Positions 23,452-33,692 of a stretch of 59,514 nt of DNA are shown piece by piece (position 1 is the first letter of the stretch; every line of letters begins with the position of its first letter). The DNA lies in contig JALAGF010006100.1 in the NCBI GenBank assembly GCA_030167865.1, positions 1 through 59,514 of the forward strand. The letters are read 5' to 3'. Source of the DNA: Craspedostauros australis. Lineage: Eukaryota. The position numbers and the translations under genes are program-made. Below the pieces are notes generated by a model, which saw only the letters and a list, made by a program, of their open reading frames with translations, had not been told where the DNA came from and did no database searches.

Positions 23452-24246
23452 TCATCGAATCGTCCGTTGCAGGATAAGATTCGTGAATTCTTCTTCCGTC
23501 GACGTCGTGATGGTCTGATGCTTGACGTTCGGTAGATGCGGCAGCAGCATCAAGGCCAGCAGGTGCTTGCAGATCCTCGGTGCCACGGGACACCGGTCCG
23601 TGCCCTTGGCCTTTTCCAAGTACGACCTGCAGCTGCATGAATAGCAGCGGGCATGCACGTCGGTGTCTGGATTCGGAATGATGCACAAGTAGAATGGACC
23701 ATCCTGCTGCGCATTTGCATTGAGGCTCGCGGGGTCGGGCATGTCACCAGTTGCCGCCATGTACGGGTTGGGAGGATTGAACGAGCTGGACGACTTGTAC
23801 CTCCCGTTCCATTGCTTGCTGCCTCTCACCAAGAAGTAGCTCCTGTACGAAGTTCCGTGACCCGTCTCAATCTTCGTGATGATTCGTTCGCTGGTGTCCA
23901 GCAACGCCAAAGCCGCCGACAGCATGTTGCCAAAGAGGAAGTGGCAAACCCTGATGATCTCATCCGTCCATTCCTCGTCAGTCTTCATCAATGCTGCTCC
24001 TGCTGACGCTCCTGACGCATGGCTTGCGTATCCTTGTTGTTTCTGCTGACGTTTCTGCTGTTGTGAGAGATCTCTCAGGAAATTCTCAAGCAGAAAGAGC
24101 GGGTGTATGTTGTGCGCAGACACAGATAGTGCCATCGGGGGGAGGGCACGGACATCATCTGCGACGGAGGTGGCGCACTCCATTCTCACGTCATCCTGCC
24201 CTTTCCCATCTTCAATAGCGTTTCTGCCTGGTTGGCGATGCATCAT
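23452..24246 (-). CDS. SWIM zinc-finger protein (ZSWIM7/SWS1-like)
   Basis: 264-aa ORF with CSC-x19-CKHLLA SWIM motif, preceded by FLFGNMLSAALALLD as in SWS1/ZSWIM7. Start codon uncertain. Confidence 0.72.
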   Translation of the reverse strand: MMHRQPGRNAIEDGKGQDDVRMECATSVADDVRALPPMALSVSAHNIHPLFLLENFLRDLSQQQKRQQKQQGYASHASGASAGAALMKTDEEWTDEIIRVCHFLFGNMLSAALALLDTSERIITKIETGHGTSYRSYFLVRGSKQWNGRYKSSSSFNPPNPYMAATGDMPDPASLNANAQQDGPFYLCIIPNPDTDVHARCYSCSCRSYLEKAKGTDRCPVAPRICKHLLALMLLPHLPNVKHQTITTSTEEEFTNLILQRTIR

Positions 24247-24885
24247 GATACTGTTTCGAACAAGGTTTGCTATCGTCCGCTTACTCTCTTCTTTCTGGCA
24301 AACACCTCTGGTTCAATGCGATCGTTGATGAATTAAATGAAGTATTGTTGCGGAGGCTTTCTTCATCAGTTGTTCAGCTCTTGTGACCTCTTCTTCCAAC
24401 ACCTTCATCGTTCGTTGTCAGGTTGAGGTGATCGTCGTGAAGTGTTTGCTCGGCGCGCCATCATGCTCGCAATCTCGTGGCAACAACACGAAACGACACG
24501 CATTTGTTGTTGTTGGCGTGTTCTGGCGGCAAGTTTTGTGCTGTTCGTGTTCGAGAGATGCCAGACTTAGTCTGATGTGTCAATTCGATTAATACGAACG
24601 CATCTCGTCTCACAAATGCCAACAACCACGACCAACGAACGAAATCAGGAATCACCCTTTTTCTCAACCTCTGTTTCCTTCTTCTTTCCAACAACACCCA
24701 CACACAACGACGAAGAGCCGCCACGACACAAACACGAAAACAAGACACCTCCACGATCTCCAACTCCAACAGAACACATTCGTGAGCTGCTGTTTCTCTT
24801 CCTCTTCATCATACAAGTACCCAACTGCACCACACAACTCTGCAGCACAGCACTAACATAACACGCATATTCGAATCAAGCAGCG

Positions 24886-27348
24886 ATGTCACGCGCAGCT
24901 CTCTCCCGTCAGGCGGGCAACGTCAAAGAACGAGAACGTGTCGCCGACGAGCTGTTCGATCAGGCTGTTGAGGGCGGAAGGGTACGTACGTTTGTCGTTG
25001 CTTATTGTGCTGGCAGAGGGCTTGTATTGCAGCCGCAATGACATTCACTATCATTACCATGCGACTTTGTCGTGCTCTGCAACTAGTCTCCAACAACTCC
25101 CCTCTCCTCCATCTCACAGCTGTCTTATTCGATTCTCTCGACTTTCTCTTCGTACTCGTATCTCATCGATCACAGAACAACCGCGCCAAGAATCTGCTGC
25201 CGCTGTGGGGACCAGATGATAGCTTCCATCTCAACAGAATGCTGCTGCAGAACATAATCCACTCAAGCTACTTCCAGAAGTGCTGCCGGGAGCTCACGGA
25301 TTGGAACAAGATTGTCGACGAGATCTACTACAAGGTGGATCATTTGGAGCCATTTGCATTAGGTGAGTGAATCGATGTGATGCAGAGTACTCTCTACACA
25401 GTAAAGTACGCATTACCCAAGGTTCAGAGTGTGTGCAGGGTGGACGCAGACAACGCAACCGTTATGGATGGCTCCGTTTCTGGTGTCTTGATTGTTCGTG
25501 GATTCGTTTTTTGCACCTTGTATCCCGCACACTCGATGATGGAGGATCACCCGGTGGACGGCGTGCTTGGCGCTGGGCACGACGAACAACATCCCAATTT
25601 ATGTTCATTCATACTACCATAGTATTATCAGGTGGGGGCATCCAGAGGGTTCGAGATGTGTTCCCATACCTGATCATCCATTCGTCATTCATTGGTCAAC
25701 AACGAAGGCCACATGCAACCTTGAATCTGCGCATCGGCTCCCACATATGGTGCCAATGTGTCGCTGGAGCACATAATACAGACGACGGCGGTGCTCTACT
25801 CGTACAATGAAGCACCAAAGTGCCAAGCGAGGCATTGCCAGGCTCACGCTCAACCATGAAAAGCGCTTTCGTCATTGGCGTCAGTCCACCGGTAAATGCA
25901 ATGTGTGTGTGTGTGTTGGCACCGTGTGAGGATCGCATGCGTACTCATACCAATACTTCATCTCGGCGATGATTGTGTGGTGCTCCTGCTGTAGAGGAAT
26001 CTCAAACCATCGCAGCTACGAGTAAGGCTGCTGTCACTGGCAAACTGAAAAAGCAAAGCGTGCTCCGACACCCCGTCTCATCAACTCCATTCTCACCATC
26101 TTTCTTCCGCACCTGCATTGTGTATCCGCCGAATCTATCCGCTGCGCACGATTTACGGTTCACGGTGTGCAACGTTCGAATATCCAACCAAATAACATGA
26201 CACATTCATCAGGCTCGAAGACCGAACCATCGGTGGCATTCTGCTTGCTGCTGCGTCTTCTCACCTTGAGATGCACGGCGAAGCAGATGCAGCTGTTGCT
26301 GGAGCATGCCGATTCTCCTTACATCCGCGCGATTGGATTCCTTTATCTGCGCTACACAGGAGAGCCGAAGCAGGTGTGGAAGTGGATCAAACCCTACATA
26401 CACGACGACGAGCCGGTGGATGTTCTTGCCAACCCGAAGGCGAAGCACGGCGCAAAGACAACTATCGGTGAGTATGTCCGATCCTTATTCTCCGTGCGGG
26501 ACTACTACGGAACGATGCTGCCTCGTTTCCCGATGGAGCAGGAACGCGAGATCCAAGTCAACCTTCTGCATGCCGAGAAGATTGGCGAACGTGCAACCAA
26601 GCACGCAAACAATCCAACGGCATTGCAAACATTCCGAAAGGTCGGCGCGAAGGTGAGGGCGCTGTACGGTGACGACGAAAATCCAATCCGCTGGTATGAT
26701 GCCGTTGTGGACAAAGTCCTCGACAGAGACCCTGAGAGCGGCGAGGCACTGAAGCAACCCAAGTTCGTCGTCACATTCCCAGAGTATGGCAACACGGAGA
26801 CAGTGACTTTGGGGGAGATGGAGATGCCCGGCGTGAATCCAGATGAACCATCTCGCAACTCAGCGGAAGGCGGCTCTGATCGCAGAGGACGCGACCGTGA
26901 CTTTGGCAGGGACGATGATCAGCGAGACCATATGCAACGCGGACGAGGAGGCGGGTACGACCGTGATCGCGATCGCAATCGTGACTACGGACGTGGCGGA
27001 AGGGATAGGCATGGGCGTGATAGCTCCGATGGCGATCTCTACGAAGAGGTGAAACGTCGCGAGCGTGAAAGCAGCACGGCGGGCGGGAGGAGCCACTTCT
27101 CTCGCCATGCTCCAAACCAATCTCGGCGCAACTATCACGATCGCGACGACGATGGGTACGACAGGCACAACCGTCGCAATGACTCGCGTGGAGGACATCG
27201 GAATGAGCGCAACGACGAACGATCCCGCAATTCGGGGCGCTCGAATCAATCCGAAACCAGACACGAGCCGCCTGAACGCAAGCGCACACAGGAGGAGCTG
27301 GCGGCTCTTGCCACGAAGAAGAGGAAGCTCATGGCCAAGTACGGCTGA
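24886..27348 (+). CDS. Pre-mRNA splicing factor PRP38 family (PRPF38B-like) fused to an SMN/SPF30-type Tudor domain and an R/D/G-rich tail (3 exons, about 472 aa)
   Basis: Exons 24886-24981, 25176-25362 and 26213-27348 (GT-AG, phases 0 and 1). PRP38 motifs LPLWG..FHLNRMLLQNI..SSYF, VDEIYYKVDHLEP, PSVAFCLLLRL, HADSPYIRAIGFLYLRY, YYGTMLPRFP. Tudor motif RALY...WYDAVV...VTFPEYGNTETV. Confidence 0.88.
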
Positions 27349-27983
27349 GATGGGATTGTATTGAGTGTTGCTTCTGTGGATCGTTGGATGGATGGGTGTT
27401 TACCATACATTGACAACGATTGCGGCAGACGGTTTCGTTCGTGCTCTTGTGCGAACATGTAGGTTCGTACCCGTTAGGGTATGGGAGGTGGCGGAGTTTC
27501 AACTATTGCAAGCCACACTGTCAGAGGAATAATGCGATAGATGGAGGACCGTCGAAAATAAGATGCAATTCTTTGTGTGCGTGTGTGACATGTTGCAACT
27601 GGTGTGTACGGTACTTTTAATCTATTCCGTACTCTTCCATTCTCGTATCGAGAAGTGATTGTGTTCATCGTTGTCGTGGTTGTATGAATTCATCTAATGT
27701 ACAGCCCTGAGATGGTGTGTTGATCTCAAGGACGGTGCAAGCATGGAGGCGCGCATTTCCACAGGAATGCGTGCGTCCTCGTGTTTGTATGGTATGGTAT
27801 GGCGTGGTGTGACAGGCAGGCATCCTCTCCCATGAGAAGCGTGTCAGCCCCGAGAGTTGCCCAGAAAATCATCAGTTGGTAAATCCATCATGCAACGCAG
27901 CCTTTGTCGGTGATAGTTCTGACCACACGCACGAAATGAAGGAGGTGTGTCATTTCAAGTTCCCAACTCTATTCTCCTCTCCT

Positions 27984-30087
27984 CTACACTTCAATAACGC
28001 CATCGGATTGCTCCGACTCTGGGTCCGTCTCGATGGATTCATTGGTTTTCGACTGCGATTGCGAGTCGGCGTCTTCGCTGGACAGGAGAGAGTCCTCCGG
28101 TGCTTCAGTGACGCAATCCATCTCCGCTGCGCCCTTCTGTGGCCCAGCGCTTTGCGGTCGGGCGCGGTACTGCTCCTCTGGGCTTTCCTTGCCGCAGAGC
28201 AAACCGGAATGGCCCTTGATGTGGACGAAGATGCTGGTGAAGGAAGATGCGATGATGGTGCATCCCATGATCGCGAATGCTTCTCGGTAGGGCAGCTGTC
28301 GGAAGGCCAGGCCGAATCCCACGGCGCCTACGTTGCCACCGGCTCCGACGATTCCAGAGATGGATCCCGTGCAGGGTGGATCGATGTAGGGCACGATGCC
28401 GTACGATGAACCCTCCGCTGCCTGGACGAAGAGCGAGAAGAAGATCATAACGACGATGGCACCTGCGAGAGTCCCAGTGTTAGCGAAAACGAGGATGAGC
28501 GATCCTTCGCATGCCAACAGGATCGTTTGCACCCAGAGGCGTCCGCGCATCCCCAGGCGAGCGTTGGCCCGGTCGCTGAAGTAGCCTCCCATTCCGCGCG
28601 CGAAGAGGTTCATCCAACCGAAGATGGATGCGATGGCGGCGGCGGATTCGGTGGACTGGTTGAACTCGTCCTTGAAGTAGAGCGCAGCGGCGTTGTTCAT
28701 GGTCAGCTCGACGCCGAAGCAGCAGGAATACTGGAAGAACAGGAACCACGTGTTGACGTTGACAAATCCTTGCTTGAAGGAGGCGGCGGCCGAAACCTCG
28801 GCCATCAGACCCCTCTTCTTGAGCTCGGAGTAGTTGCCCTTCGGCGAGTCTTCGCTGATGAAGTAGATCGTGATCCCGGAGATGAAGGCGATGATAGCAG
28901 GCACGATGCACACCGTTCTCCACGCCTTCTCGGAGTCGCCGTCATAGATGACCTTGAACAGGGGCAGCAGGCCCGAACCGACGACAAGCTGGGTCACGCC
29001 TCCTCCAAGGTTTCCCCACCCGCCGACCATGGCGTTGGCCGTTCCCACGATGTCCTTGGTGAACATGCTGGTCGTCCAGAACTGGCACATGACGAAGATC
29101 CCGCCAACGATGCCGATGCAAAGCCGGAGGATGGCGAGCCCCATCGCAGTGTGAACAAGCCCCGTGCATGCTGTTGGGATGGATGCCGCGCACAGGATGA
29201 TGGTCGTCAGCACTCTCGCCCCGTACTTGTCGCAAGCAGGTCCCAGCATGAATCTCATCAGCACGGTGCCCGCCACGCCTGTGATCGATGATGTCCAGAT
29301 TTCTTCGTTTGTGATCTCCAAGTCGTCCCGAATCTCCCCCAGCAGCGGTGATATGGAAAACCACGTGAAGAAGGCCAGGAAGTACGCCCACCATGCGCAG
29401 TGGAAGGCTCTCATGTGCGGACGAGCGAAGCTGCACAGCTTGATCCGCACTGCCTTGTCATTCTGGTCGGGGTCGACCTCGACGTCGTAGGTTGCGTACG
29501 GCTTCCATTCAGCGTTCTGCTATCACGTCGTTCATATCGTGTTGGAGGGGTGGGCGAAGAGAGTGTGGTGGTGGTTGTGGTCGTGACAAGTGGTAGTGTG
29601 AGTGACAGGTGATGGCAGAAGTGATGGTGCAAGGGAGAGTTGAACACAGGATGGGATGATGGTGCCACAATCTGTCGAGTACCATCTGGTGGAGCATGCA
29701 ACACAGTGCAACGCAACGCAAAAAGTGGAGGCGATACGGTTTCTCCTCCTTCTCCAAACTCGTCGGCAACATCATCTGCGCGGAGCAGATGAATCTAATG
29801 CATGCCGAAGATGGAGGATCACGAAGCTGTCAACTCGCATGCACCCAAGGAGGACTTTCGTATGGCACAGCGTACTGTGCGCGAGTACAAATGCGTTGCA
29901 TTGTCGGCACGCAACACCCATGGCATGACAAATGCCGATATGAGCAAAGACGATGTCACAGGTATCGAGCACCATCTGATGGCATGGTGCTGATCATAAA
30001 GCAACAGCGTGCGCTTACCTCCGTTCCTTGCTGGATCTCCGTCATGGTCTTGTCGTCGTTACTGTTGTCGCTGCTGCCGTCAGTCAT
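27984..30087 (-). CDS. NRT2: High-affinity nitrate transporter NRT2 (probably 2 exons, about 533 aa)
   Basis: Main exon 29516-27984 (acceptor TAGCAG; the frame is closed by TAG just upstream, so a 5' exon is likely). Best candidate exon1 is 30087-30019, MTDGSS...QQGTE|GTAAGC, phase 0. Motifs SFARPHMRAFH, FVMCQFWT.SMF, GWGNLGGG, CFGVELT, MNLFAR, GAGGN. Confidence 0.9.
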
Positions 30088-32380
30088 GGTGATGGTGATG
30101 TTGTTGTTGGTGGTGTTGTTGATGTTGTTGATGATGGCTTGCTGCTCTGTACTGTGGATAACGTGGATGTTACGAGTAGTCTGCGTGTTCGTTGAGTTCG
30201 TTCGTTGGCCGATGCAACTTGGTGGCAGGACGCCTTGTGACCAATGCGGATGATGACAACCAAAGAGGACGCGAAGAAGTGTTGCGAAAGTGTGGAGGAA
30301 GGTGTGATTTCCGTGAAGACACAGAAGCAAAAGAAGAAATCTGTCAGGCATCACGAAGCGCATGGCGGTCGGCCTGTTGTCGGCGTTGCGTCGGTTGGAG
30401 GTGCGCCTGCGCGTCGTTTGGGCAGTACTACACGACAGAGTACTCCACGCTACTCGTGGTGAGCGTCTGTTTTGCGCGGGCTTGGTCACATGGTGCAACA
30501 ATCACGTACTCTAAATAGCACATCGCTGTTGCGTGGTGGATGAATGGAGAAGTGCACGTTGCGCCGGCGCCGAATTTTTGGCATCATTGTCCATCCGGAA
30601 CTCGTCGGCACGAGCCATCATATGAATTCTTTGGCGTTTCGGCAACAGCGTGCCGGGCTTTTACCATCTCTTTGTTGGCACAATGTCGCTAACAGGGCTA
30701 ATAATATTGATCTTCCGGGCGCCAAAACCATGTTTGTCGTCTCACCGAGCGCTCCGAGACGTTATGTTTGGCACGTGTGCTCAACACAATCTTTCGATCA
30801 CAATTTGCAATTAGCGCAACGTCGGGATGCGCGAAGAGCACTGCGAACGCCTCCAACTTGCTCTCGCCGCGCTTTCCTCTCCCTTCTCGTGACGACGGAC
30901 CTTCTCCAAACCAGACAACCACGTTTTCTGTTTCACGTTCTGTGGAACACTCTCGTGATGCGTTTGGTGTCGGTCTTGTGCTCACACAGTGCCACGCAGC
31001 GCCATAGTCCAGGTTCGCATGTACAAGGAGGTGCATCGAATAGTGCGAGAACGAGCACGACTACGAGGACGACCACTCTGGACTACAACTATTATTATGC
31101 TCGATTCCAACGATGGAGAGAGGCGAAGGATGGAAGAAAACGAAGATACTCACTCTCTGCGCGCGCTATTCGGCGAGGTGGGACGAGGCAGAATCGGAAC
31201 GCTTTTCCTTCAACTCTTCTGCTATTTGAGGTGTCCTCCTCTCTTCGAGGCTCTCATCCCAATGACGGAGAGAAGGATAACAGGATACGGACACTTCCGT
31301 GCGCGCAAGATCTCAACGCTTCGGGCAAGAACATTTGGGACATGGCTCTCCAGGAGGCGGGTGGCAATTGCTGAGCAAGGAGGATCACTTTTGAATGTTT
31401 GGACGCCACAAGGTGCCAAGGAGTACGCGGAGCAGGGGTTCTGTTCGATCAGCTCTCAGATGCCATCGTCTCTTTGCGCACGAGGAGATTGCAATCCGTT
31501 GGAATTTCGAAAATGGAGGGCAGTCAATTTTGAGCACGTGTTGCAGAATTCGAAAGCTGCTTCCGCCGCCCTGGTCTTGGTCGTGCTCGACGTTGGTTGC
31601 ATCACTTGGTCTGCTCTTACGCTCTGTGGTATGGCGCCACACACTGCTGCTCTCACCCTGCCAATGTTGGTTTTGGGCGCAAGAGTGCTGAGTAATACAG
31701 TAGACTACTCCACGAGTACATCCGAGTACGGGCAACGACACGGGAGAGTCGAGGAGAGTGCCCGTACGCGTATTCTGGTCGTAATCGGACTTCTCCATCA
31801 TGAATGATAGTGGGGGAGCCTGTATCGTGGGGTGCTCATTGATGCGAGTCGCATTGTGTCTGTTGGATAATTTCAAAGATCGCCAGGCGCAACGGTTGGA
31901 AGTGGCAGGTGAACGATGCACGAACCGGCCAAACAAGACACAAAACAGGAGGGTGGTGCCAAGGAAAGGAACAACGAAGAGACACCAAAACAGGACGAGT
32001 CATCGCAGAACACAGCCAATCAAACAGAGAGAAGTGGACCCCAGAGCGAACGCGCACCAGGGTATAGTAGCTCGCACGGAGACACCATCTCAATCTACGT
32101 GGCCAGCGTATGGCGGAACAAGAAGAACACTTCGAATGCCCTCTTGCATGGGCTTTGTGCTCTGTGTGTCCGTCGAGAAAGCGAGGCATTCTTCTGTGAG
32201 AATCGGAATCAGATCGAGAGCCAAGGAAGGAGCATCTGCACCATACCTACCAAAAGCAAACAGACCCAATACTCGCTTGAGCAGAGGAGAGCGAGCATCG
32301 TCGCGGAAAGCCAAGAGGCACGGACGGGAGACCCTGGTCGTCGCGGCACGTCGAATCATTCTGCTGCCACCTCTGCAGAC

Positions 32381-33271
32381 ATGATGCAACAGCAACAACA
32401 AGAAGAAAGACCCACCGTGGTGATCTTCGTTGGAGGCTGGTCACCCGGACCGATCCTGCATCTCATTCCGTTCCTGAGGAAGAATGAACGCGTGCTCAAT
32501 GTCCAATGGATGACCATGACAGGCTTCCCAATGCCGCCCATCCCATCCGCAGGATGGTGCTGCAATCTCTACTTCTTGGCGATGACCATGGCCTTCGTTG
32601 CCGTCCTGTCATTCCTCTCGCATCGAGGTCATCACCATGACGATGATGCCGGTTTCCGTGCGCTCATGGTGCTGGCCATCGTTGCATGGGTGCTGGTGTG
32701 GGGGAGACTCATTGCATGCGTCGCCGTCCGCATCTCCATGCGAAAGGGCGTCGATCAACTCAAGCGCATTGTGCAGCATCAGCGACATCCGACGGTCGTT
32801 GTGGGCTTCTCGTGGGGCGGTGCGGTGGTGGCGGAGTACTTGCATCACATGGATTCATCCATTGGTGCCGCAGCAGCATCGATCGCGCAGAACGATGAAC
32901 TCCACTCTTCTTCAACTCCAAGCGCAACTGCACATGTGGGAAGGATGCCTTCGACAGAGATCGAGAGGATTCATACGCGCAACGGCAGCAGCGATTCGCC
33001 TCTGAAGGCAGCCTTGCTCATCGCCCCGACAACCTCATTGATTGCGTCCGTTGCGATGGATCGGGATGTGGCAGTTCGGATGGCGCACCGTGCGTCTGCG
33101 ATTCCCATCCACGTCGTGCACGGATCGTTGGATGGTTCGTTTTGTCCCAACCAGTGGCGGTGGGAGCATGCTCCTGTCGAGCTTCACACCATGGAAGACA
33201 ACCATGTCTTCTTCCATCCCACGTCAAAGAGGCAACTTGCGCAGATTCTGGTGGATCTTGTACGGCAATGA
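32381..33271 (+). CDS. Alpha/beta-hydrolase-fold protein with an inserted transmembrane hairpin
   Basis: VVIFVGGWSPG, two hydrophobic helices, nucleophile elbow GFSWGG, ALLIAP, HVVHGSLD, DNH. Likely ATG at 32381; the frame is open upstream to 31916. Confidence 0.7.
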   Translation: MMQQQQQEERPTVVIFVGGWSPGPILHLIPFLRKNERVLNVQWMTMTGFPMPPIPSAGWCCNLYFLAMTMAFVAVLSFLSHRGHHHDDDAGFRALMVLAIVAWVLVWGRLIACVAVRISMRKGVDQLKRIVQHQRHPTVVVGFSWGGAVVAEYLHHMDSSIGAAAASIAQNDELHSSSTPSATAHVGRMPSTEIERIHTRNGSSDSPLKAALLIAPTTSLIASVAMDRDVAVRMAHRASAIPIHVVHGSLDGSFCPNQWRWEHAPVELHTMEDNHVFFHPTSKRQLAQILVDLVRQ

Positions 33272-33692
33272 AGCGAGTAGATCATCGCTCATGCCTGCGA
33301 GCATTGCATCTGGAGGTGTCGCTACTCGTACGTCTGGTACATCACAGAATTCATTGTTTGGTCTTCCACCACGAGACGGTTTCGAACTTCGAGAACGCAC
33401 ATACACGTATTCTGTGCTACTCAAGAGGATACTCGATCAGCAAGTGCGCAGATTCGCGATGCAAAACAATCTACTCTTCTCTACTTCATCAAGAATGCAT
33501 TCATCAGTCACCGTTAGCTGTTAGAAGCAGACTTAGAGATTGGAATACCACCATGGACCGTTGGAGAGCAGCCAGCTTAGCGATGCGCCTGTGGTGCAAG
33601 CGGACCATCAGCATCAACATGAGCACTCGACACCACCGCCCAGCCATCGGATCGATTCATTCATGAGAAACCCTTCCGAACCGGCCTCATGT

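Noticed and set aside
25363..26212. Intronic snoRNA in the long introns (PRP38, TBL1, rpl28)
   Set aside because: No convincing paired C box (RTGATGA) and D box (CTGA) with a terminal stem was found by eye; an Infernal/snoscan search would be needed.
30544..31807. Overlapping 276-aa and 272-aa plus-strand ORFs between NRT2 and the hydrolase
   Set aside because: No recognisable domain, mutually overlapping frames and weak codon bias. A decayed or novel gene cannot be excluded but is not supportable from sequence alone.
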